NCBI GenBank assembly: GCA_001780985.1
Contig: MFJV01000001.1
Span: 428,049-492,048, forward strand
From: Candidatus Gottesmanbacteria bacterium RIFCSPLOWO2_01_FULL_43_11b
GTDB taxonomy: Bacteria > Patescibacteriota > Microgenomatia > UBA10105 > UBA927
Direction of reading: 5' to 3'
DNA: 64,000 nt
In this document: piece after piece, positions 56,412-64,000 of the stretch
Layout: each line of letters starts with the position of its first letter
Position numbering within the stretch: the stretch's first letter is position 1
The notes under the pieces: model-generated
The model's input: only the letters and a program-made list of their open reading frames with translations
The model's database searches: none
Told to the model about the DNA's origin: nothing
Program-made: the position numbers and the translations under genes

Positions 56412-59400
56412 TTACCGGCTCAACGGTAAATATGGGTCGTGCTGGCATGTTTGGTTGAGGTGAGGGTGTCGGTTGTGCCGGTTGTTTTTGCGCTCTTGAC
56501 TCTAATTCCTGCGGTTTTGTGGTGGCAAGCGCATGTTCTTCAGGGCTTGCAATAACGCGCATTGCCGCATGAGCAGGTCCGGCAAAAAGCAAACCCTCGC
56601 CGATGTCTGCAGCCAGCAATAAATGTTTTTCTCCCTCAGACAGGTAAAAAATCTCTGCGACCTTATCAATTGCAGCTGAGGACTGTTTGAGAAGAATTTG
56701 CATGGAACTATTCTGAATAATTGCTTTCCCCAACTCCACCGCAAGGAAATCTTCAACATCTTGAGTAATCGTCGTGACCCCAAGGTAGTATTTCCGTGCG
56801 CGCTTGGCAATCGAATTTAGAAATGTTGCCGAATCCGGGTATTTCATCATGTACCACGCCTCATCGACGATTAAAAGTCTTCTTTTTGTGTCTTTTCTGA
56901 TTTTGGTCCAGATAAAATCAAGAATAAGATACATGGCAATGGGGCGCAGTTCCTCCTCAAGATCGCGGATGGAAAATACGGTGAGCGGATTTCTAATTTC
57001 CACATTGGTTTGCGCATCAAAAATTCCCACCATGCTGCCTTTGACAAACTTTTCTATGCGGTCAGCTAAGCCCTTGGCCAAAGGCTCCTCCATACCCACA
57101 AGTGTTTTATAGAGATCTTCCATCAGAGGAGGTTCAGTCGATTGAGACGCTGGATCTGGGGTAATTCCCTTTTGCTTGTACGTTAAGACCAACGCTCGGT
57201 CAAGGAGCGCGTCTTCGCTCGGAGTAAGTTTGCCCATAACAACCCGGAAGAAACCGTGAAGGGAGAGAATTTTTTGGTTCAACTCGCTCTCTTTTTCTCC
57301 CTTATGCTGTAAAAGAGCTAAGTCAAAGGGATTTATTTTTGTATTTGTGCCAAACTGGAATCGAATATACTCGCCCCCCAATGCATGGGTAAGCGCTTCA
57401 TATTCACTCTCTGGGTCGATAATAATAACTTCTGTGTCAAACATAAGCGAACGCATCACTTCAAGTTTCACCATGTAGCTTTTTCCGGAACCGGAATTAT
57501 GAACAAATACCCCCCCAGAACCACCCAGAAAGACTTCATTGTCTACTGTTAAATCATAGACAAAGGACTCATTGTGCTTGATTTGTTCAATATTTACGAC
57601 TGGATCCCAGAAAAGATCCGACCGAGCGAGTTGACGTAGATGATGGAGTTTTTTTTCGGCGTGGCGCAAGGTCAATTGTAGCGAACGGTATCGTTTGGAA
57701 AGGACGGACACCGCATTTTGAATTGGCGGATAGGCGGTATCGCCGGGGCGCCTCGCCTCATTTCGGATAGTTGTCCAAAGCGAATTGTCATATCTCTGAA
57801 GAGAAATGCCGATTTCTTGAAATACATCATAGAGCTCGTGTTTGATTTCGGGGAGGGAGATTGTTTCACCAGAGACGGTTTTCCAGGCGCGAAAGACAGT
57901 GGTTGCCTTGGGAATGACCGCACGGTGTTTCATAAGTTTCCATGTGTGTCCTAACTCTTTCCAAAGAGCTCTGTGAAGCTGTTTGTGTTTGATGCCACGG
58001 GAAATAATGGCGTCAACGGAGGGAAGGTTCTTCAGTTGCATGACGCGGCCACGAAGCGACCGAAGTTCGATAATGCGATTTTCCATGAGAGTAATAATCT
58101 CAATGAGTTGTTCCCGTGACGGAGAAAAAACGCCTCTTTTAAGCGGAGAAAGGTTATATGGTGCTCGTATGTCATCACCCTGATATAACTGCGCATGGAG
58201 TTTTTGTAGCGTGCGCGATAACGTGGGAATCGTATCCACGTTCGTATTGGGATGTTTTCCCAACAACCCTAAAAGTTTTTGCTGTTTTCTGAGAGTGAGA
58301 AAACCAATGGAGCTTGCAAACCTCGTAAGATGATCTCCTCCAGAAATTACCAGCTCATAATAGGTATCGCCGGTGTGTTTGCTATTGGTAGCTCTCTTCC
58401 ATTTTGTTCGGATTCTCCCTACGATTCCAAATCGAAGAAGTAAATAACAAATGTCTGATATTAAGTCACGAGATTTTGACATACAAGCAACTTCCCACCC
58501 CGACACGGTTCCGTCGCCCTCGTAGTATGCTCGCAGATACGCGGCAATCTGTGTGTTTGACAAAGAGAAAATAATGGACGGAACGCGCTTTTGACCTGAT
58601 CTTCCGCCCGCGCCCAGAGCAGAAAACAGCTTGGCATACGCATTTGGTTGAATATTGTACCCACAAAGAATACGACCAGAAGCATATCGGGGTGCTGTTT
58701 TAGCGCCGATTCCGCTGGTTGCGTTCTGAATGGCGGAAAGCACAAAGGGATCTCTGTTGTAAATGGTAAGCGTTGACGGGGAAAGGTACCCTTCGCTTGT
58801 CGTAAGCCCCAGAATCGTTAGAAGATTTGATTCCAAAGGAATAGTTTGAGGTAATCCCATTGGCCACGAAGGCACGAATGTTTTTGGATAGATAGGGCTC
58901 GTCAACCCGATTGACTCTGGGAGAAATCGTGGAACAGGCACGGCTTCTCCTACGCGCACCGCCTCACCTCGCACCGATCGCACGCGGCCATCTCTCAAAA
59001 CAACCAAGCTGTGGTCAGCAGTAACGGTAATGTGTCGTCCGCTTTTTGTGGTAATTTTATAAAGTTTTTCGCGTTTTGAAAGTGGCTTGCGCGCAGCAGT
59101 AGCGACTTGGGCCCAGCGTCCTTTGAGCTCATTGTTGTAAGCGTAGACCTCAATACCCGGAAGCCTTACTCCCTCCATCTCTTCTTCTCGGTGGGTAATA
59201 CCATGTTTGTTAATGAGAGATTCTACAAGGTTGCCGATCGTTTCCATTTTTGTTTGACCGTTTTGCCGCACGAGAACCGGTTCCCACCTTGCTATCGATT
59301 TCCCAAAAACAACCGTGTTAGCGTTTTCTAAAGTGAACCTATCAAAAACAATGAGACTGTCGTTTCCTTCGTTAATCCCGTAGAGGATGCCTTCATTGGC

Positions 59401-60072
59401 GGTAAGCTCACTCGTTGTAAACGGGAAGGTGGTGGCAAGTGAAGTTGTGTCCATATTTCGTAAGATAACGAGTTTATCCTGGCTCATGGGGAGGGTGGTT
59501 TTGAGCCCCTCTTCCATCTGAAGGATTGCTTTTTTAGTGACAATGAGAAGCGATCCCAGGGTTGCCTCGACTTGCTTCGTTGTTCGGTCGAGGTCGTCGA
59601 GGCTTTTTGCCGGAATGGTGACGTAGAGGCCAAATTGGAAAAACCGCTCAGATCCTTTTGCAAGTTCTTGTTGAAGAGCAAGCGCATCCTCGAGCGCTAC
59701 CTGAATAGAAGGTTCAATGACTCTGCCGCGTTTCATATCGGATTGGATCGTTGCCTCCATTTCTCCGACTTTTCTCTTAAGATTTTCCAGAACCTCCTCG
59801 CTCCTGGTCGGATAAACGTACATGGCAATATCGAGGGTATGTGAGAAAGAGATGAGCGGTTCGAGCCAGTTAGCTGATACATAGCGCGGGTAGCCGGCCA
59901 CGAAGAGGGTGCGGAAGTATCGGTCGCCGATTTTGAGGTGGTCAAAATCAACCTCTATTGCAGGTGGTGCAATCAGATCCCGCACGGAAAGGGGCTCGCC
60001 GGTATCAGCATTCGGCCTGTTATCCTCAGGCATGGGATTTATGAATTTTTTAACAAGCGTTGTTATATTCAT
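56401..60072 (-). CDS. VirB4/TraC-like type IV secretion ATPase interrupted by an intein
   Basis: Split Walker A: NTVVFGK then intein then SGSGKS. Walker B LLIVDEAWYMM. 622-aa extein after removing the intein. Confidence 0.75.
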   Translation of the reverse strand: MNITTLVKKFINPMPEDNRPNADTGEPLSVRDLIAPPAIEVDFDHLKIGDRYFRTLFVAGYPRYVSANWLEPLISFSHTLDIAMYVYPTRSEEVLENLKRKVGEMEATIQSDMKRGRVIEPSIQVALEDALALQQELAKGSERFFQFGLYVTIPAKSLDDLDRTTKQVEATLGSLLIVTKKAILQMEEGLKTTLPMSQDKLVILRNMDTTSLATTFPFTTSELTANEGILYGINEGNDSLIVFDRFTLENANTVVFGKSIARWEPVLVRQNGQTKMETIGNLVESLINKHGITHREEEMEGVRLPGIEVYAYNNELKGRWAQVATAARKPLSKREKLYKITTKSGRHITVTADHSLVVLRDGRVRSVRGEAVRVGEAVPVPRFLPESIGLTSPIYPKTFVPSWPMGLPQTIPLESNLLTILGLTTSEGYLSPSTLTIYNRDPFVLSAIQNATSGIGAKTAPRYASGRILCGYNIQPNAYAKLFSALGAGGRSGQKRVPSIIFSLSNTQIAAYLRAYYEGDGTVSGWEVACMSKSRDLISDICYLLLRFGIVGRIRTKWKRATNSKHTGDTYYELVISGGDHLTRFASSIGFLTLRKQQKLLGLLGKHPNTNVDTIPTLSRTLQKLHAQLYQGDDIRAPYNLSPLKRGVFSPSREQLIEIITLMENRIIELRSLRGRVMQLKNLPSVDAIISRGIKHKQLHRALWKELGHTWKLMKHRAVIPKATTVFRAWKTVSGETISLPEIKHELYDVFQEIGISLQRYDNSLWTTIRNEARRPGDTAYPPIQNAVSVLSKRYRSLQLTLRHAEKKLHHLRQLARSDLFWDPVVNIEQIKHNESFVYDLTVDNEVFLGGSGGVFVHNSGSGKSYMVKLEVMRSLMFDTEVIIIDPESEYEALTHALGGEYIRFQFGTNTKINPFDLALLQHKGEKESELNQKILSLHGFFRVVMGKLTPSEDALLDRALVLTYKQKGITPDPASQSTEPPLMEDLYKTLVGMEEPLAKGLADRIEKFVKGSMVGIFDAQTNVEIRNPLTVFSIRDLEEELRPIAMYLILDFIWTKIRKDTKRRLLIVDEAWYMMKYPDSATFLNSIAKRARKYYLGVTTITQDVEDFLAVELGKAIIQNSSMQILLKQSSAAIDKVAEIFYLSEGEKHLLLAADIGEGLLFAGPAHAAMRVIASPEEHALATTKPQELESRAQKQPAQPTPSPQPNMPARPIFTVEPVNEK
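57496..59298 (-). other. Intein (~601 aa) with LAGLIDADG homing-endonuclease domain, inserted in the VirB4 P-loop
   Basis: N-terminal Ser (SIARWEPVLV...GNLVE, block A). TVTADH (block B). ILGLTTSEG and AYLRAYYEGDG (LAGLIDADG-like). C-terminal VYDLTVDNE...GVFVHN followed by +1 Ser. Confidence 0.6.
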
Positions 60073-60716
60073 GGTTTTATAAATTTACTAACATCAGGTG
60101 CCGGTTGACCAGGATTGTAGATTGAGAAAAAAAACTTTATGAGCTGCTCACTTGTCATCTGCGTTGCCCGGAGTCCGATTCTTCCCAATAACCTCACGAC
60201 ATGGTCCCGCTTTGGGTAAAGTACCATTGTCGAACGGTCAAAAATGTACTCTTTGGGATAGGGGAGGCCGGGCTTTCCACCCCCGAAAAGAATTTTAGGA
60301 GCAGATCCAAGTTCAAGTCGAGAAAAAGGAATAATAATGTAGAAGTTTTTATCCAGCACTTCTTTTTCTTTCACTGTTGCCTCAACAAACAGTCTATAGG
60401 AATGGATGCTTTGGGCAAGTTTCGGGCTTTTTTGCAGCTTTTCCTGTTCTTCAAGAAGTTTTAAGTATGCCGTGACATCCTTATGTTGAGATCGAATAAG
60501 AATTTGGATGGGGAAGGAGAGCGAATTGAGAAGCCCTGCGTAGGCATGGATAATTGCTTCCTGTTCCCGTTCAGAGAGTAAACCGAAATTAACAGCAGTT
60601 GTCGTAATAACAAGCGAAACTGACCCGTCAGTAAAAAGCACTAAATCATTTTCGATATCTTCTATCTGCGTAAATTCCTGCGTTGTGGACCTAATTGGGA
60701 CGACTGGTTGTTTCAT
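60069..60716 (-). CDS. Hypothetical protein (T4SS-like cluster)
   Basis: 215 aa, no TM. ATGA overlap with the VirB4 gene. Confidence 0.4.
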   Translation of the reverse strand: MKQPVVPIRSTTQEFTQIEDIENDLVLFTDGSVSLVITTTAVNFGLLSEREQEAIIHAYAGLLNSLSFPIQILIRSQHKDVTAYLKLLEEQEKLQKSPKLAQSIHSYRLFVEATVKEKEVLDKNFYIIIPFSRLELGSAPKILFGGGKPGLPYPKEYIFDRSTMVLYPKRDHVVRLLGRIGLRATQMTSEQLIKFFFSIYNPGQPAPDVSKFIKP

Positions 60717-61984
60717 TGTGTGTTTCCAAATATTTGCTGAGCAAGTTTTTGTCTCTCGAGCTCTTTTTGACTTTTTGCCAGTATTTCAATTGTCGGGAGC
60801 ACCGCGTTGTTGACAACAATTTGCGCTCTATCAAAAACGTAGCGTTCGCGCGGATCCTCAACCTCGACAAGGTACGTTCCGGGGGAGAGCGCAGTGCTCG
60901 CTGCAAACTGGCCGAGTCTGTTTGTTTTAAGCGCCCGAAGCGGCACTCCTTCTTTATCCCGCACGGTAACTAAAACCGAGGGGAGGAAGTTGCCTGCTGT
61001 GTCTTTCACAATGCCCGTGACGACATTGGGATAGGTGGTTAAGCGCGGGAGGCCTGCTTTTGCAGCTGCTGACGGGTCGATAATTTTAATTGTTGGTTCT
61101 GTTGGTTTCTCTTCGGAAATAACAGTGGCGGTTTTGGTCGGCTGACTTTGTGTCGGCGCACTTGTTGTTTTGCGTCGTAGGGCAACAACCTCTTCTTCAA
61201 GTTTTCGTTTGTCGGAAAGTAAGTCAGTCAATTGTTTTTGAAGCTCCAAGACCCGAGAGTCCGAAACGTTCTTTTGGGTAAGTTCTGTCTCGAGTTCCTC
61301 AACTTTTTGGCTAAGTACTGCGCTTTTTTCATCAGGAGCTGGAGAAACAACCTCTTTTATCTCCGGTTGTGGCGTAACCTCAGGCTGGGGCCGTTTCCCA
61401 ACGACTGTCGGGGGCAGCGTAAATGCCGGTTGAGCCAGGGGTTGGGTTTTTGGTTTGAAGGTAAAAAGATTTTTTAGCCAAACGAGAAAACCACCCGGAG
61501 GGTTCATTGTAAGGATGCGTAGACCAGAGAACATATCAGCGGGCGACCGAGGAGTTGGTTCTTTTGGTGTTACCGGAGGTTTAGTAGCAACATGATGGGC
61601 TTGAGCAGCCGGTTTTTGCTTGGGCCTCCTTGACCAGACGTATTGGGTTGGGTTGTAGATACTTTTAAAAAATGACATAACCCATACATCCATGGGTCGC
61701 TCTTCGACAGGAACAAACGCAAAACCAATACCTAAAAGTGCAAAGAACACCGTCAGTGGCCAGGTAAAAAAGAACGGAAGAGGAAGTTTGTAGGATATAT
61801 ACGCCAGAACTCCTCCGATACAAAGATATCCGAATTGTTTGAGCGTCATGTCGCCGATTAAACGGAATTGGAAGGTAGTAACATTCTGTGGCACAGGGTG
61901 CTGTTCCATATACAAATTATTGTAAAGGTATGACGATAGGTCGCGCAATAGTACAAAGCGCATCAGAACCGTGAAAACTGGCAT
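60713..61984 (-). CDS. Membrane protein with Pro-rich linker, coiled coil and C-terminal carboxypeptidase-regulatory-like beta-sandwich
   Basis: Two N-terminal TMs; PKEPTPRSP linker; ELETELTQKNVSDSRVLELQKQL; C-terminal VTGIVKDTAGNFLPSVLVTVRDKEG. Confidence 0.4.
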   Translation of the reverse strand: MPVFTVLMRFVLLRDLSSYLYNNLYMEQHPVPQNVTTFQFRLIGDMTLKQFGYLCIGGVLAYISYKLPLPFFFTWPLTVFFALLGIGFAFVPVEERPMDVWVMSFFKSIYNPTQYVWSRRPKQKPAAQAHHVATKPPVTPKEPTPRSPADMFSGLRILTMNPPGGFLVWLKNLFTFKPKTQPLAQPAFTLPPTVVGKRPQPEVTPQPEIKEVVSPAPDEKSAVLSQKVEELETELTQKNVSDSRVLELQKQLTDLLSDKRKLEEEVVALRRKTTSAPTQSQPTKTATVISEEKPTEPTIKIIDPSAAAKAGLPRLTTYPNVVTGIVKDTAGNFLPSVLVTVRDKEGVPLRALKTNRLGQFAASTALSPGTYLVEVEDPRERYVFDRAQIVVNNAVLPTIEILAKSQKELERQKLAQQIFGNTQ

Positions 61985-62017
61985 TTTTAGTTTTCACGAA
62001 ATATAATAATCTTCTCT

Positions 62018-62578
62018 ATGAAAATCGGACTTCTTGGCGGTGCGTTTAACCCGCCGCATCTTGCCCACCTCCATATGGCTGCTCAATCTATTGATTTTGC
62101 AGGATTTGATGAAATTTGGTTTTTGCCAAACTTCGGCCAGCAACCGCCTAAGCCTGATGTGGCATCTGTAAAGGACCGGCTCGCAATGACCAAAATGCTA
62201 AGTCTCCCTAAAACAAAAATCTCAACACTTGAGATAGATAACAAACTTTCAGGCAATACCATTGAGCTTCTTCCGTATTTACCAAAAGAACATTCGTATA
62301 CATTTATTATGGGCGTTGACTGGCTCCCGTCATTTACCCAGTGGGGGAGTTGGCAGGAACTTATTAAAAAACTTCCGTTCCTCGTTTTTCCACGGTCGGG
62401 ATTTCCCAATGAACCGCTCTACGAGAATATGACAGTTCTTTCGCATCCCTTACTTATGATAAACGACATTTCCGCGACAAAAATTCGAGAGAGAGTTAAA
62501 CAAGGGCTCCCAATCGATCAGTTTGTCCCGTCCGGCGTGGCGGAGTATATTAAAACCCATGAACTCTATAAATCCTGA
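62018..62578 (+). CDS. nadD: Nicotinate-nucleotide adenylyltransferase
   Basis: MKIGLLGGAFNPPHLAHL (HxGH-type). Confidence 0.85.
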   Translation: MKIGLLGGAFNPPHLAHLHMAAQSIDFAGFDEIWFLPNFGQQPPKPDVASVKDRLAMTKMLSLPKTKISTLEIDNKLSGNTIELLPYLPKEHSYTFIMGVDWLPSFTQWGSWQELIKKLPFLVFPRSGFPNEPLYENMTVLSHPLLMINDISATKIRERVKQGLPIDQFVPSGVAEYIKTHELYKS

Positions 62579-63242
62579 AAAAACCGCGGCTGAATTAACA
62601 AGTTTTATAAAAAATGCTTTTGACAAAGCAGGATTTACAAAAGCAGTTATCGGGGTTTCCGGGGGGGTGGATTCGGCGACAAGCCATGAGCTGACAAAGC
62701 GTGCATTGGGCGAAAAAAACGTCTTCCCGTATTTTTTACCCTACGAGAAGATTAAACCTATTGTTGATCAGGTTGTTTCTCTTGATCCTGGAATGGACAG
62801 GCTGCGGCAGGGAAATATCATGGCCAGAGTCAGAATGACAATTTTATTTGACCAAGCCAAGAAAAGACAGGCCCTCGTAGTAGGCACGGAGAACAAAACT
62901 GAACACATTTTGGGGTACTACACAAGATTCGGCGATAGCGCTTCTGACATCGAACCTTTGAGAAATTTATACAAAACGCAGGTCTATCAACTCGCAAAAT
63001 ACCTCGGAATTCCGGATAAGATTTTAAACAAAGCGCCGACCGCAGGACTTTGGGAAGGACAGACGGATGAAGGAGAGTTTGGTTTTACCTATAAAGATGC
63101 AGACGAAGTTCTTTTTCAGCTCTATGATCTTAAAAAGGACAATGTTGAAGGCGTCGACCCAGGCGTTGTTGAGAAGGTGAAATCACGGGTCTCTCGTAAT
63201 GCCTTCAAACACAGTCTTCCGATCTTGCCTTTCGACTATTAA
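62559..63242 (+). CDS. nadE: NH3-dependent NAD+ synthetase
   Basis: PP-loop VIGVSGGVDSA. Start taken at MNSINPEK; the track start at 62523 overlaps nadD. Confidence 0.8.
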   Translation: MNSINPEKTAAELTSFIKNAFDKAGFTKAVIGVSGGVDSATSHELTKRALGEKNVFPYFLPYEKIKPIVDQVVSLDPGMDRLRQGNIMARVRMTILFDQAKKRQALVVGTENKTEHILGYYTRFGDSASDIEPLRNLYKTQVYQLAKYLGIPDKILNKAPTAGLWEGQTDEGEFGFTYKDADEVLFQLYDLKKDNVEGVDPGVVEKVKSRVSRNAFKHSLPILPFDY

Positions 63243-63263
63243 TCGACTATAATTCGACTATAT

Positions 63264-64000
63264 ATGCTTGAGCCAAAATATGCCATTACAGACCATCTCC
63301 TTGCCAATATCAAACGAATCAACACCCTGATCCATACGCTCAACAACAGACGATTTCCCAATGTTATTCTTTTAGCGTTAGAGCGGTCTGCAAGAGAGGT
63401 TTCAGTGCACGCTTCGACAAGCATTGAAGGCAATCCACTTCCTCTCACTGAAGTAAAAAAAATCCTCAAATCAATGCCGGATCATCTTCGGGAAACCGAA
63501 AGGGAAGTGGTCAACTATAATCAAGCACTTCAGAATCTAAACAGACAGCTTGAAAAAGGAGAAGTTCTATTGTCTCTTGATCTTATTTTACATATCCAGG
63601 AACAGATTATGAATGGTTTATTACCATACACAGAGATAGGGAATCTGAGAAAAAATCCTGTCGTCGTCAATGACCCCAGAAGTGGGCAACCCGTGTATCT
63701 TCCTCCCGATAGCAAGGATGTTCGTCCACTTATGGTGGATCTTGTCGAGTTTGTGAATAAAAAAAGAGAAAAGATAGATCCGCTTATTGTCGCCGGTATA
63801 TTTCATAAGCAAATGGTTATTATTCACCCGTTTATGGATGGCAACGGAAGGACAACCCGGCTGGCCACGAAAGTATTGCTTGCCCAGATGGGGCTCAACA
63901 CTTTTAATCTTTTTAGTTTCGAAAACTATTACAACCAAAATGTTACACAGTATTTTCAAACAGTTGGAGAGTTTGGAAATTATTATGAACTCGTACGTAA
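63264..64000 (+). CDS. Fic family protein (partial, runs off window end)
   Basis: Own translation from ATG 63264: MLEPKYAITDHLLANI...HPFMDGNGRTTRL (Fic motif HPFx[DE]GNGR). Not in ORF track because no stop lies within the window. Confidence 0.75.
   Translation, partial: MLEPKYAITDHLLANIKRINTLIHTLNNRRFPNVILLALERSAREVSVHASTSIEGNPLPLTEVKKILKSMPDHLRETEREVVNYNQALQNLNRQLEKGEVLLSLDLILHIQEQIMNGLLPYTEIGNLRKNPVVVNDPRSGQPVYLPPDSKDVRPLMVDLVEFVNKKREKIDPLIVAGIFHKQMVIIHPFMDGNGRTTRLATKVLLAQMGLNTFNLFSFENYYNQNVTQYFQTVGEFGNYYELVR

Noticed and set aside
63239-63469. 76-aa minus-strand ORF at the window end
   Set aside because: Overlapped by a plus-strand Fic-domain gene with a clear HPFMDGNGRTTRL motif; spurious.
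1-64000. Search for CRISPR arrays, IS elements or rRNA genes
   Set aside because: No regularly spaced direct repeats, no terminal-IR-bounded transposase genes and no rRNA-like conserved stretches were seen.

Overview
This 64-kb window is a compact, AT-rich bacterial chromosome segment. Most genes lie on the minus strand, and many overlap by 4 nt (ATGA). Gene content (archaeal-type UMP kinase, RRM RNA-binding protein, a T4SS-like VirB4 cluster, tight gene overlaps) suggests a CPR/Patescibacteria-like organism; this is inference only.

The window covers the replication-origin neighbourhood: the rpmH-rnpA-yidD-yidC-jag cluster, and dnaA-dnaN with DnaA boxes both upstream and downstream of dnaA. 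recF lies at the window start. Other recognisable content:
- a dprA-comM-yraN competence cluster
- FtsH, TrpRS, ValRS, EF-P/EpmA, MurD and NadD/NadE
- cell-envelope polysaccharide genes, some degraded
- several toxin-antitoxin modules: RelE/Phd, AbrB-Doc, HicAB, AbiEii, and a partial Fic gene at the window end
- a T4SS-like cluster whose VirB4 ATPase is interrupted in its P-loop by a roughly 600-aa LAGLIDADG intein

The most unusual locus is at 15841-16192. It is a promoter- and terminator-bounded, initiator-like tRNA(CAU) gene split in its anticodon loop by a ~195-nt group I intron. A ~6.2-kb integrated element (16144-22383) is inserted at its 3' end, flanked by 13-bp direct repeats. It encodes a large serine recombinase, RHH and XRE regulators, a candidate sRNA and four proteins of unknown function. 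A second, intron-less tRNA-Met lies just outside the element.
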